From an uncultured delta proteobacterium (GTDB taxonomy: Bacteria; Desulfobacterota; Desulfobaccia; Desulfobaccales; 0-14-0-80-60-11), in NCBI GenBank assembly GCA_963812015.1, contig CAWETI010000002.1, positions 832,001 to 896,000 on the forward strand: a DNA stretch of 64,000 nt, given 5' to 3'. Both the position numbers and the translations under genes were made by a program. Positions 40,927-49,553 of the stretch are shown in pieces. Under the pieces are notes generated by a model. It saw nothing but the letters and a program-made list of their open reading frames with translations. It made no database searches and had not been told where the DNA came from. Numbering within the stretch: position 1 is the first letter of the stretch; every line of letters begins with the position of its first letter.

Positions 40927-42171
40927 CTAAGATCCCTCCCCCAACCTCTGCCTTTCCACCTGGGCGATGGCCTGGAGTTTCCGGACTTCCCGCAGTTCAT
41001 CCTCGGTGTAGAGGAGGCGGGGCGGGGGGGCGACGCCGTCGGCCGCGGCCTGGCGGGTAACCGCGGCCATCTCGTAGAACTCCTCCGGGCTGATATCCCG
41101 GCCGCCCAGGCCGCCGATGAAGCTGGTAAGCACCGGTGCGTCTTTCCGGCCGTAGAGGGCCGAGGCCAGTTCCGCGCAGAGGACCCCGCCTTTGCCCAGG
41201 GAAATGTTCTGGTCGATGACCGCCGCGCCCTTCTTGCCGGCGAGAATCTCCTTGAGGCGCGCCTCCGGAAAGGGTCTTATAAGCCGGGGCCGCACCAGGC
41301 CGATCTTTAAGCCCGCGTCCCTCAGCCGGTCTACCGCGTCCTTCGCCTTGGTGGCGAAGGAGCCCAGCATGACGAAGGCGAACTCGGCGTCGTCGGTCCG
41401 GTAAGCCTCCACCGCGTCGTGGCGGCGCCCGAAGGTTCGGGCGAATTCTGCCGCCAACTCGTCATAGACCGCCAGGCCGTTTAAGGCCGCCAGGTGCATC
41501 TCGTAGCGGAAATAAGAATAGGGCGCGCCTCCCAGCACCGCCACCGCCTGGCTCACGGGGTGGCTCGCCCGGAACTTGATGCTCCCGGGCTCAAAGGGCC
41601 CCACAAAGGCCCGGACCGCCTCGGCCTCGGGAATCTCCACCGGCTCCCGGGTGAAGGAGAGGTAGAAGCCGTCCAGGTTGACGATGACCGGCAGGCGCAC
41701 CCGCCGGTCCTCGGCCAGGCGGAAGGCCATAAGCACGCTGTCCAGGACCTCCTGGCAGGTGGCGCAGTGAATCTGCAGGAAGCCCGAGTCCCGGGCCGCC
41801 AGGATGTCGTTGTGGTCGGGCTCCAGGGTGATGGGGGCCGAGAGCCCCCGGGAGACGTTCACCAGCACGAAGGGGGCGCGCCAGCCCGCCACGGTGTAGA
41901 GCATCTCCATGGCGTACAACAAACCCTGGCTGGAGGTGGCGGTGAAGACCCGGACCCCGGCGGCGGCCGCGGCCCCCGCGGCGGTGAGCATGGAGTGCTC
42001 GGACTCCAGGGTGACCATGCGGCAGTCCATCACGCCTGCGTCAATCCAATGGGCGATGGTTTCGATGATCTCCGTTTGGGGGGTGATGGGGAAGGCAGGC
42101 ACATAATCCACCGCGGCCAGGCGCACCCCCCAGGCTGCCGCGGCGTTGCCGGTCAAAAGCATCCGGGTCAT
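40927..42171 (-). CDS. porA: 2-oxoacid:ferredoxin oxidoreductase alpha subunit
   Basis: TGNAAAAWG, AFPITPQT, ESEHS, TATSSQGLL, VNLDGFYLS, GGLGGRDI. Confidence 0.9.
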   Translation of the reverse strand: MTRMLLTGNAAAAWGVRLAAVDYVPAFPITPQTEIIETIAHWIDAGVMDCRMVTLESEHSMLTAAGAAAAAGVRVFTATSSQGLLYAMEMLYTVAGWRAPFVLVNVSRGLSAPITLEPDHNDILAARDSGFLQIHCATCQEVLDSVLMAFRLAEDRRVRLPVIVNLDGFYLSFTREPVEIPEAEAVRAFVGPFEPGSIKFRASHPVSQAVAVLGGAPYSYFRYEMHLAALNGLAVYDELAAEFARTFGRRHDAVEAYRTDDAEFAFVMLGSFATKAKDAVDRLRDAGLKIGLVRPRLIRPFPEARLKEILAGKKGAAVIDQNISLGKGGVLCAELASALYGRKDAPVLTSFIGGLGGRDISPEEFYEMAAVTRQAAADGVAPPPRLLYTEDELREVRKLQAIAQVERQRLGEGS

Positions 42172-42351
42172 GGTGGGCCTCCTGAGGTTATCTTGAGGGG
42201 AAGGCCGGGGGATTGAAAATTCCCCGCCCTCCCCTCAAACTCCCCTCCCAACCCCCTTTATGGGGGCCAGGGAAGACGTGACTTGCGATCCCGACTTTCC
42301 CGGCCCTTAAAAACTTAAGGGATTGGGGGAGGGGGTAAGGGCCTGCGGCCC

Positions 42352-43287
42352 TTAGCCCCCTCCCCCAATCTTCCTTCCCGCCGCCTCCTCCTCCGGGACG
42401 GCCCGGATGGCGTGGGAGGGGCAGGCGGTCATACAGATGAGGCAACCCTTGCAGTGCTCATAATCTATCTGGGGGTAACCGTCGGCGTTCAGGCTGATGA
42501 CGCCGTCGGGGCACAGGGTGCTGCAGATCCAAGCACAGCGCTTGCAGTGATGATAATCGATCACCGGGCGCACAGTGCGCCAGAGCCCGGTGGGCACCTG
42601 TTCGCTGGTGGCCGGGGCCAGGATGATGGGGGCCGAAGTCCCGGCGTCGTCAAAGGGCAGATCGATCCACTTGGGTTTCTCGTAGGAGTCCGCCGGGGTT
42701 TCCGGGGCTTCGGTCACGCACCCGGCGTGCTCCGCCACCAGATCAAAGGCCTCAAGGGCATGCTCCAAGTTCCTGGCAATGACGGCTTCTCCCAGGGGGG
42801 CCAGTTCGTCGCGCATGGCCTGGGCCAGGGAGTCCCGGCGAATGACCCCCACCAGCCGGGCCGCGGCGCCGGTGCAGGAGGCGCCGGCAAACCGCAGTTC
42901 GAGTCTATCCGCCGGTTCGGCGGCCGCCGGCAAGGTCAGCACCAGCCCCGAAAAATTTAACCGTTCCTTCCAGACTTCAGGTGGGTGGGTGCTGCTGATG
43001 AGCAGAACCGTGTGGTCGGTAATCCCCGACAGAACGCCTGCGGCAGGGATCAGCACGAGGGTGTCATCCGCCACCATGACCAGGTCCGGTCGACGGATAA
43101 TGCCACGTTCATTGATTATGCTCCGAGAGGCGCGGACATAGGCAAATATGGGTGCGCCCCGACGTTCTGCACCATAACGGGGGGCATCCTGGACTTCAAA
43201 ATCTTCCAGAAAGAAGGCCGTGCCCAACATACGGCTCGCGGTCTTCATACCCTGGCCCCCGCGGCCGTGAAAGCGGATGCGATACAT
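42352..43287 (-). CDS. Fused gamma/delta subunit of 2-oxoacid:ferredoxin oxidoreductase
   Basis: IRFHGRGGQG, YGAERRGAP, then TGLWRTVRPVID and two ferredoxin motifs (CKRCAWICSTLCP, CKGCLICMTACP). Confidence 0.9.
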   Translation of the reverse strand: MYRIRFHGRGGQGMKTASRMLGTAFFLEDFEVQDAPRYGAERRGAPIFAYVRASRSIINERGIIRRPDLVMVADDTLVLIPAAGVLSGITDHTVLLISSTHPPEVWKERLNFSGLVLTLPAAAEPADRLELRFAGASCTGAAARLVGVIRRDSLAQAMRDELAPLGEAVIARNLEHALEAFDLVAEHAGCVTEAPETPADSYEKPKWIDLPFDDAGTSAPIILAPATSEQVPTGLWRTVRPVIDYHHCKRCAWICSTLCPDGVISLNADGYPQIDYEHCKGCLICMTACPSHAIRAVPEEEAAGRKIGGGG

Positions 43288-43315
43288 GGTGCCTCCGCAA
43301 TTTTACGTGCGGCTC

Positions 43316-44440
43316 CTAAAAAATTGACCAGCGCTTGAAGGCCATAGCTTTCTTCACCCGCTGGACCGCGATACCCAGCGCCGCATCCCGGGGTAGGATC
43401 TTCTTGATCTTCGATTCTTCCAGCACTAACCGGGTATTGCGGCTCACCTTTTCCTTAATGACTTCGAAGACCGTGCTCTGACTCGCCCCCCGATACTCCA
43501 TGGCGGCGCAGATCACCCCGCCGGCATTGGCAATGAAATCCGGAACACAAAAGACGCCTCTTGCATGGAGGATTTTTTCGGCGCCATAGGTAAAGGGGAT
43601 GTTGGCCCCCTGAACCACGAGCTTGGCCCTGAGGCGGTGCACATTCTCTTCATTAACGACATCGGGGCGCGCCGCAGGAATCCAGATGTCGCAATCGAAG
43701 TCGATTACCGCATCACGGTCAAACTTCTCTCCTCTGGGATAATCGGTCACGTTCTTGCCAGCTTCCTTCAATTTAATGAGTTCTCCCACATTAAGGCCAT
43801 CCGGATCATAGACCGACCCCTGGGAGTCCGCCACGCCCACCAGAACGGCTTGCTGCGCGGCGAGGAAACGAGCGGTATGCTTGCCCACCGCCCCAAAGCC
43901 CTGGATCACCACTCGGGCCCGTTCAAGCTTAAAGTCACAAAAGTGCCCGCAGTACTGGAGGGCCACCTCCGTCACATGACTCAGCCCCCATCCCGTGGCG
44001 CCGATTTCGTCCAGGGGTATGCCACCGACTTCCGTAGGCAGCCCCACCACCCGGCCGATTTCGTCTTTAACCCAAGCCATACACTCCTCGTCCGTGCCCA
44101 TGTCCGGGGCAAAGATGTATTCCCGCACCTCCCGCAAAGAGCAGGCCAAGGCCCGTATCAGGCGCTCCTTGTCTTGCTTGGGCATCTTCGGGTCGCCATA
44201 AAGCACCACCTTACCGCCCCCGTGCGGCAAGCCGGCAGCGGCATTCTTCAGGGTCATGGCTCTGGCCAGTCGGCAGCATTCTTCCGTAGTGACGTCGGGG
44301 GCCATGCGCACTCCACCGAGAGCTGGCCCGGCAGCCACATTGTCAACCACCAGCACTGCCTTCAGATTGATGGAGGGTTCATAAACCTGGATGATTTTGG
44401 CCGGGCCCAGGTCGTCGGCAAATTCAATAATATCAGCCAT
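43316..44440 (-). CDS. Glu/Leu/Phe/Val dehydrogenase
   Basis: GPALGGVR, MTLKNA..GLPHGGGK, APDMGT, ATGWG, IQGFGAVG, PDFIANAGGV. Confidence 0.92.
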   Translation of the reverse strand: MADIIEFADDLGPAKIIQVYEPSINLKAVLVVDNVAAGPALGGVRMAPDVTTEECCRLARAMTLKNAAAGLPHGGGKVVLYGDPKMPKQDKERLIRALACSLREVREYIFAPDMGTDEECMAWVKDEIGRVVGLPTEVGGIPLDEIGATGWGLSHVTEVALQYCGHFCDFKLERARVVIQGFGAVGKHTARFLAAQQAVLVGVADSQGSVYDPDGLNVGELIKLKEAGKNVTDYPRGEKFDRDAVIDFDCDIWIPAARPDVVNEENVHRLRAKLVVQGANIPFTYGAEKILHARGVFCVPDFIANAGGVICAAMEYRGASQSTVFEVIKEKVSRNTRLVLEESKIKKILPRDAALGIAVQRVKKAMAFKRWSIF

Positions 44441-44585
44441 GGGAGCCTCTCTCTTTCTTTTGACAGACCAATTATAAGGGATTTGGCGGCTAATGACGAG
44501 GAGCGATTGAGAAGACAGGTGCTTTTATTTTTTGAGCCGGCCTCATCTGTCATGGAGGATGAGTTTCGAGACCAGGCGGCGGCAA

Positions 44586-44702
44586 GGCCATGATTTTTTC
44601 CGCATTATGGCAGTAAGCGGCCACAAAACCATGAATGTCTTCAAGCGCTATAATACGGTGAGCAAGGATGCATTAAAGGCTTTAGTAGGGGAGAAAATCT
44701 GA
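44586..44702 (+). pseudogene. C-terminal remnant of a tyrosine integrase
   Basis: GHDFFRIMAVSGHKTMNVFKRYNTVSKDALKAL..stop contains the GH..RY catalytic tail; the upstream HxxR region is absent. Confidence 0.75.
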
Positions 44703-44705
44703 TAA

Positions 44706-44728
44706 ATGGACACCATTATGGACACCAT
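44706..44728. repeat. Tandem 11-bp direct repeat, possible integrase arm-type sites
   Basis: atggacaccat-t-atggacaccat between the integrase stop and the tRNA 3' end. Confidence 0.55.
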
Positions 44729-44773
44729 GCAAAAAATAAGGGGTCAGCTTTTTCGCCAACCCCTTGAATTTTG

Positions 44774-44849
44774 TGGCTCCCCGGGACGGACTCGAACCGC
44801 CGACAAGGTGGTTAACAGCCACCCGCTCTACCAGCTGAGCTACCGGGGA
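44774..44849 (-). tRNA. tRNA-Asn(GTT)
   Basis: TCCCCGG-TAGCTCAGCTGGTAGAGC-GGGTGGCT GTT AACCACC-..GTTCGAGTCCG-TCCCGGGGAGCCA cloverleaf with encoded CCA. Confidence 0.97.
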
Positions 44850-44863
44850 TTGTGAAGGCAATT

Positions 44864-44937
44864 TGGCTGGGGGACAAGGATTCGAACCTTGATAGGCAAC
44901 TCCAGAGGCTGCAGTCCTGCCGTTAGACGATCCCCCA
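44864..44937 (-). tRNA. tRNA-Gln(CTG)
   Basis: TGGGGGATCGTCTAACGGCAGGAC-TGCAGCCT CTG GAGTTGC-..GGTTCGAATCC-TTGTCCCCCAGCCA. Confidence 0.96.
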
Positions 44938-44950
44938 ACAGCACCTATTT

Positions 44951-44979
44951 TATATACGCAGGCCCAAGAAGTTTGTCAA
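44951..44979 (-). promoter_or_regulatory. Sigma70 promoter of the tRNA pair
   Basis: TTGACA-17 nt-TATATA just upstream of tRNA-Gln. Confidence 0.75.
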
Positions 44980-45029
44980 GGGGGTCGGCGGCCTTGCCGG
45001 TCCCGGGGCGCCATCTCCGCCAGGGCCGC

Positions 45030-45154
45030 TGATGAACCCGGGCTCCTTCATAGGCCATGTCGCTCAAGAGGCTGACTACGCCCACCAGGATGATGAATTT
45101 CCAAGCCGCGGCTTTGCTAAGATATTCAGAGGCGGTTTCTGCCTTTTTGTCCAT
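45030..45154 (-). pseudogene. Truncated MFS transporter (first TM helix only)
   Basis: AWKFIILVGVVSLLSDMAYEGAR is a typical MFS N-terminus; the reading then runs into the tRNA promoter region. Confidence 0.7.
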
Positions 45155-45171
45155 AAGCCTCGGGAAAGGAT

Positions 45172-45618
45172 TCAGGTTAAAGAGCCGGCTTTGGTCAGCA
45201 ATGCCTTGATGTGGTCTAAATATTGGAGAATTCGATGGGCCTTGGGGTCAAGATAATCAACCAATTCTGGCGGCGGTTCGCCAAAACCTCCCAGATACTT
45301 GCCGGTCAGTTCCAGGACGTCCACCCAGAGAATGTAGCAATGCCCCTGTATGGTTTTGGCAATATCCTGAGAACCTGCTTCCAGGTGCAGATCATCCCGT
45401 AATTCCCGCATGATGCCGCGGATGCAGGCAATAGCGGCCAGTAATCCGGCTCGCCCATTGGGATCGAGATTATTCGTTTCGTGGTAAAGGACTGAGCGAA
45501 CTTCCCGCCCCTGGGCCCACTCCTCGAATTTAACTAAAGCTTCGTCGAGAAGGGTGAGTGTGATCCTGATTCGGCTGCGGTGTGCCTCGCTCAGGTTTGG
45601 AATAAATTCTGCCTGCAT
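45172..45618 (-). CDS. Helical hypothetical protein in the riboswitch-led operon
   Basis: Co-oriented and closely spaced with the usp gene; AGGAAG RBS. Confidence 0.75.
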   Translation of the reverse strand: MQAEFIPNLSEAHRSRIRITLTLLDEALVKFEEWAQGREVRSVLYHETNNLDPNGRAGLLAAIACIRGIMRELRDDLHLEAGSQDIAKTIQGHCYILWVDVLELTGKYLGGFGEPPPELVDYLDPKAHRILQYLDHIKALLTKAGSLT

Positions 45619-45651
45619 TTTGCAGACTTCCTGCCAACAAGTGGGGCGCTA

Positions 45652-46071
45652 TTACCGCACGATAAGAACGCTGCACGGGGCATGGCGGCTCACCTTTTCG
45701 GCGGTGGTGCCCAGTAAGGCCCAGACCCCGGAAAGGCCGCTGTGGCCCACCAGGATCAGGTCGAATTTGCCCTCCTTGGCCACCTCGAGGATGGTCTTGG
45801 CCGGGTGGCCTGGGCGCATGTGGGTTTTGAGCTCTATCCCGGCTTCTTTCGCCTTCGCTTTGGCGGCCTCCAGCAACTTGCCATATTGTTCATCGGCAAA
45901 CTGCTTTTCTTCCTTGACCTCATCGATGGTGCCGCTGAAGCGGGGCAGTTTTTCTTGCACCGCCAGGACCCAGAGTTCGGATTGATGAATTTTGGCGAGA
46001 GTAATTCCGGCATTGAGCGCCGTGTCAGCGCCCTTGGAGCCGTCGTAGGCCAAGAGTATCTTCTGAAACAT
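45652..46071 (-). CDS. Universal stress protein (Usp)
   Basis: FQKILLAYDGS, GHPAKTI, DLILVGHSG, LGTTAEKVSRHAPCSVLIVR. Confidence 0.93.
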   Translation of the reverse strand: MFQKILLAYDGSKGADTALNAGITLAKIHQSELWVLAVQEKLPRFSGTIDEVKEEKQFADEQYGKLLEAAKAKAKEAGIELKTHMRPGHPAKTILEVAKEGKFDLILVGHSGLSGVWALLGTTAEKVSRHAPCSVLIVR

Positions 46072-46112
46072 TTCTCCCTCCCATTATTGCGGTCTAATAG
46101 AACCTTGACCCA

Positions 46113-47318
46113 TTACTCCTCTGGCATATGCAGGAAATTTTCCGAACTGCCAATATAACGTAACGACTCACTTTCAAAAGATTGAGCCTCGTGGGGGTAG
46201 AACCAGATTTGCCCGATCACGGTGGGGATTACTGCCGAGCCGATTACCGCGGTCACCAGGAGGGAATACTGGGCCTGGGTCACGTATCCATAGGTTAAGC
46301 CGTAAAGGGCGGAGATGCTGCCGAAGGTGAGACCGGTGGACATCATGCAGGTGGTATAATTGACCTGCCGCACCGGCATTCGGAAGAGACGGCAGGTGGG
46401 CCACACCGCGGCAACTTTGGTAATCATTTTGGACCAAAACAAGGCGAGCAATACGCCGAATCCTGCTATCAGGGCAGGCAAGGACACCAAGGTGCCTGCC
46501 TTGAGAAAAAAGAACGGGGTCAACAGGGCGAAGACGATAGACCGCATGCGCAACATAATCGCTTTATTATGGACAAATAATCCCGCCACCACGATGCCGA
46601 AGATATAAGCCGGCAGCACGGCTTCACTCCGGGCCTTGACCGACAGGGCGCCTAAGGCGACGAGAACCAGGAAAATGAATTTGATTTCCGGTTCGCTCAC
46701 CCGGCCGCCCCACGCCGCAAAGACCCGGCGGCTGATAGCTGGCATGAAACACAGAACCACCGTGGTCACTACGATAAAAATCACTAGCCAGTAATCATAA
46801 TTGGCGAAGATCAGCCCCAGGGCCAGCACCGTGCCCAGGTCATTCACGAAGCACGCGGCCAGGATTAGTTTTCCCAGTTCCGTTTCATTCAACCCCGTTT
46901 CCACCATCACCGCGTAGACTACGGCCATGGAAGTGGTGGACAGGGCGATGCCGGCAATCTGGGCGGCTTGCAGACTCCATCCGGCGATGTAGTAAGCGTA
47001 GGCCATACAACCCAAGAAAGGAGCGAGAAAAGCCACGGTGCCGATGGTGAGGCTGGGGATCAACTGCTTGCGGAAGGTCTCGGGTTCTATTTCGGCGCCG
47101 GCCAGAAAAGTCAGGACTACCGAAGCAAAGCCCGCCAGGAAGTTGATCCAGGCATTGGGTTGGAAAATGGCGGAACCGAAGTGGGCTCCCAGGTTGCCGG
47201 CGACAAACCCCAGGAAAATTTCCACCAGGGCCACGGAGATGCCGATGCGAATGGAGATGAGACTGGCCAGGAATGCCAGGCCGATCCAGGCCGTCGCGGT
47301 GTACCAAACGTGCTCCAC
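46113..47318 (-). CDS. Cation:proton antiporter (CPA2/Na+/H+ exchanger family)
   Basis: GTG start after AGGAG; about 12 TM helices, LTFLAGAE, ALSTTSMAVV, ACFVNDLG. Confidence 0.88.
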   Translation of the reverse strand: MEHVWYTATAWIGLAFLASLISIRIGISVALVEIFLGFVAGNLGAHFGSAIFQPNAWINFLAGFASVVLTFLAGAEIEPETFRKQLIPSLTIGTVAFLAPFLGCMAYAYYIAGWSLQAAQIAGIALSTTSMAVVYAVMVETGLNETELGKLILAACFVNDLGTVLALGLIFANYDYWLVIFIVVTTVVLCFMPAISRRVFAAWGGRVSEPEIKFIFLVLVALGALSVKARSEAVLPAYIFGIVVAGLFVHNKAIMLRMRSIVFALLTPFFFLKAGTLVSLPALIAGFGVLLALFWSKMITKVAAVWPTCRLFRMPVRQVNYTTCMMSTGLTFGSISALYGLTYGYVTQAQYSLLVTAVIGSAVIPTVIGQIWFYPHEAQSFESESLRYIGSSENFLHMPEE

Positions 47319-47351
47319 TTTATGCTCCTGAAACCGGTGCGGGGTGTAAAT

Positions 47352-47390
47352 AAAAAAGGCCCTGACCCACACCCGGTGAGATCAGGAGCC
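47352..47390 (-). terminator. Intrinsic terminator, expression platform of riboswitch A
   Basis: GGCUCCUGAUCUCAC..GUGGGUCAGGGCC followed by UUUUUU; overlaps the aptamer 3' end. Confidence 0.8.
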
Positions 47391-47447
47391 ATCAGTGTCA
47401 TCACGGTTCGGGCAGACTCTCCTCCACCCCGGCGGACTCCATCGCCT
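47383..47447 (-). ncRNA. Fluoride riboswitch (crcB motif) A, upstream of the CPA2 antiporter
   Basis: AGGCGAUGGAGUCCGCC..AACCGUGAUGACACUGAUGGCUCCUG; P1 GGCG/CGCC, pseudoknot GGAGUC/GGCUCC; TTGACC-18-TAAGGT upstream (47459-47488). Confidence 0.85.
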
Positions 47448-47577
47448 AATTTTAGCTAACCTTAACTCCAGTTGTCCTGATTGGTCAAGAAAAATATGCA
47501 TAAAGCAGAATCTCTGGAGAGGTCTCTTTTAAAGTTGACATAGGGGCGGTTTGCGAGCGATAATTTATAATTAAAGA

Positions 47578-47633
47578 AGGCGATGAAGTCCGCCTTAATT
47601 GCCCACGGGTGCCAGGTGGGCTGATGACTTCTG
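47578..47633 (+). ncRNA. Fluoride riboswitch (crcB motif) B, upstream of the dynamin-like gene
   Basis: AGGCGAUGAAGUCCGCCUUAAUUGCCCAC..GUGGGCUGAUGACUUCUG; P1 GGCG/CGCC, pseudoknot GAAGUC/GACUUC; TATAAT at 47566-47571. Confidence 0.9.
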
Positions 47634-47661
47634 TCCATTTTAGGGGCAGAGGTTTTTTTTT
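47627..47661 (+). terminator. Intrinsic terminator, expression platform of riboswitch B
   Basis: acttctgtcc..gggcagaggt followed by a T run; overlaps the pseudoknot strand. Confidence 0.85.
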
Positions 47662-47681
47662 GCCCGATTTAAGGAAGATGG

Positions 47682-49436
47682 ATGGGAACCTATCGACAAT
47701 TTCAAGAAGCTTTGGAACATCAGCTCGTTCAGTTGAGCAAGTTTCCGGAACTGAAGGGGCCGCACCTGGCCAGGCTTATCGACAAGCTGCGGGAAAATCG
47801 CTTTAATTTGGTGATCCTGGGAGCTTTCAAACGGGGCAAGAGCACCCTGATCAATGCCCTCCTGGGTGAGCCGATCTTGCCGACGGCCATCGTCCCCCTG
47901 ACCTCGGTCGTCACCGTCTTGGGATACGGCGATCAACTAAATATCGAGGTCCGTTTTCAAAACGGGTCCCGGAGAAAAATCTCCCAGCCGGAATTGGTGG
48001 AATATATCACCGAGAAGGGCAATCCCCGGAATCAGAAGGGGGTGAGGGAAGTAGAGATCACCTTTCCCTCGGATTATCTAAAGGACGGGGTGAGAATCAT
48101 CGACACCCCCGGGGTAGGGTCGGTTTATAGCCACAACACCGAAGTGGCCTATAATTATCTTCCCCAGGTGGATGCGGCCGTTTTTGTGGTCTCGGTTGAC
48201 CCGCCGCTCTCCGCCGCGGAACAGGATTTCTTGAAAGACATCCGGGAATATGTCCACAAACTCTTTTTTGTGCTGAATAAAATTGATTATGTGGGCGCGG
48301 CCGAGCGCCAAGAGGCCCTGGAATTTACGGCCCAGACATTGCAAGCCAATTTGGGGACGGAAACATTGGCGATTTTCCCCCTTTCGGCCAAATTAGCGAT
48401 GGACGGCAAATCCAATGGCCATCCCGAACTCCTGGCAGCCAGTTTGCTCCCCGAGTTTGAAAATCATTTGCGCCAGTTTCTCTATAAAGAAAAAGGGCGG
48501 GTGTTGTTGATTTCTTGCCTCAGCGGCGCGCTTAAGACCATCACCGATTCGACCCTGGCCCTCAAGGTGGAACGTCAGGCCGGCGCCATGCCCCTGAAGG
48601 AATTGGAAGACAAGATCACCCGGTTCGACCAGGAATTGCAAGGCCTGGAAAAAGAACGGGAACTGTCTTTGCTGCTGCTGGATGGTCGGATCAAGGGCGT
48701 GATCACCGAAGTGGAGGCGGACCTCGACGCCTTTAAGAAAGAGACCATCATCAAATTACGCCGGAAGATGGAGGAGGCTTTCCAGCAAAAAAGCCAGGCT
48801 GCCGGAGATTTGCGCCAGGAAACGGAGGAAATCCTGTTTGCGGCGTTGCGGGACGTATTCACCACCTGGCGGCGACAGGAAATCGAGAAACTCTCCCTAA
48901 AATTGGCCGATACCCACCAGGATTTCGCCACCCGCATCAATGCCATCCTGGAGCGTTTGACCCAATTGACCGCCCGTATCTTTGACTTTTCTCTCAGGGG
49001 CTTTGCCGCGGAGGAAGCCTTCCCCGATCTGCGCCAATTCTGGTTCAAATTTAAGGATGAACCGGTGGGGCTGGAAATTCTTCAAATGACCGTGACCTCC
49101 CTCCTGCCCCGGGCCTTGACCAGAGGCTTGCTGCTCAAAAAGCTGTTGGAAAATGTCGGCGAATTGGTGGATAAGCATTGCGGGCGGCTGCGCTACGATT
49201 TCCACCAGCGGCTCCAGGAAATTGCCCGAGATTTCCGCCAGACCTGGCTCGCCAAGATCGACGACACTACGCAAAGCATCCGGCAGGCCCTGGACCGGGC
49301 TTGGTCCCAAAAACAGACCAGCGCCCAGACTACCGCCGAGAGAATGGGTCAGCTTGATCAAAGCTTGACCGAAATCCTCCAGGCCGAATCGCAATTATTG
49401 GCCTTGAAGGAGCAGATTGAGGAAACCTTACAGTGA
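47682..49436 (+). CDS. Bacterial dynamin-like GTPase
   Basis: G1 GAFKRGKSTLINALLG, G2 LPTAIVPLTS, G3 IDTPG, G4 LNKID, long helical C-terminus. Confidence 0.92.
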   Translation: MGTYRQFQEALEHQLVQLSKFPELKGPHLARLIDKLRENRFNLVILGAFKRGKSTLINALLGEPILPTAIVPLTSVVTVLGYGDQLNIEVRFQNGSRRKISQPELVEYITEKGNPRNQKGVREVEITFPSDYLKDGVRIIDTPGVGSVYSHNTEVAYNYLPQVDAAVFVVSVDPPLSAAEQDFLKDIREYVHKLFFVLNKIDYVGAAERQEALEFTAQTLQANLGTETLAIFPLSAKLAMDGKSNGHPELLAASLLPEFENHLRQFLYKEKGRVLLISCLSGALKTITDSTLALKVERQAGAMPLKELEDKITRFDQELQGLEKERELSLLLLDGRIKGVITEVEADLDAFKKETIIKLRRKMEEAFQQKSQAAGDLRQETEEILFAALRDVFTTWRRQEIEKLSLKLADTHQDFATRINAILERLTQLTARIFDFSLRGFAAEEAFPDLRQFWFKFKDEPVGLEILQMTVTSLLPRALTRGLLLKKLLENVGELVDKHCGRLRYDFHQRLQEIARDFRQTWLAKIDDTTQSIRQALDRAWSQKQTSAQTTAERMGQLDQSLTEILQAESQLLALKEQIEETLQ

Positions 49437-49553
49437 GGGCGCAGCTTTTGGTATAGACTAAAATTGTTTGTGAAAAAAGTAAGTTAGGCTTGACATCGGC
49501 AAGAATAACCTTACCTTTCGAGTAAATCACCTATTGATGCTAAGGAGGCGGCC

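Noticed and set aside
38948..42375. G/C-rich hairpins at 38948-38990 and 42195-42375 as further MITEs
   Set aside because: They are repeat-like, but I could not find terminal inverted repeats or duplications to define element ends
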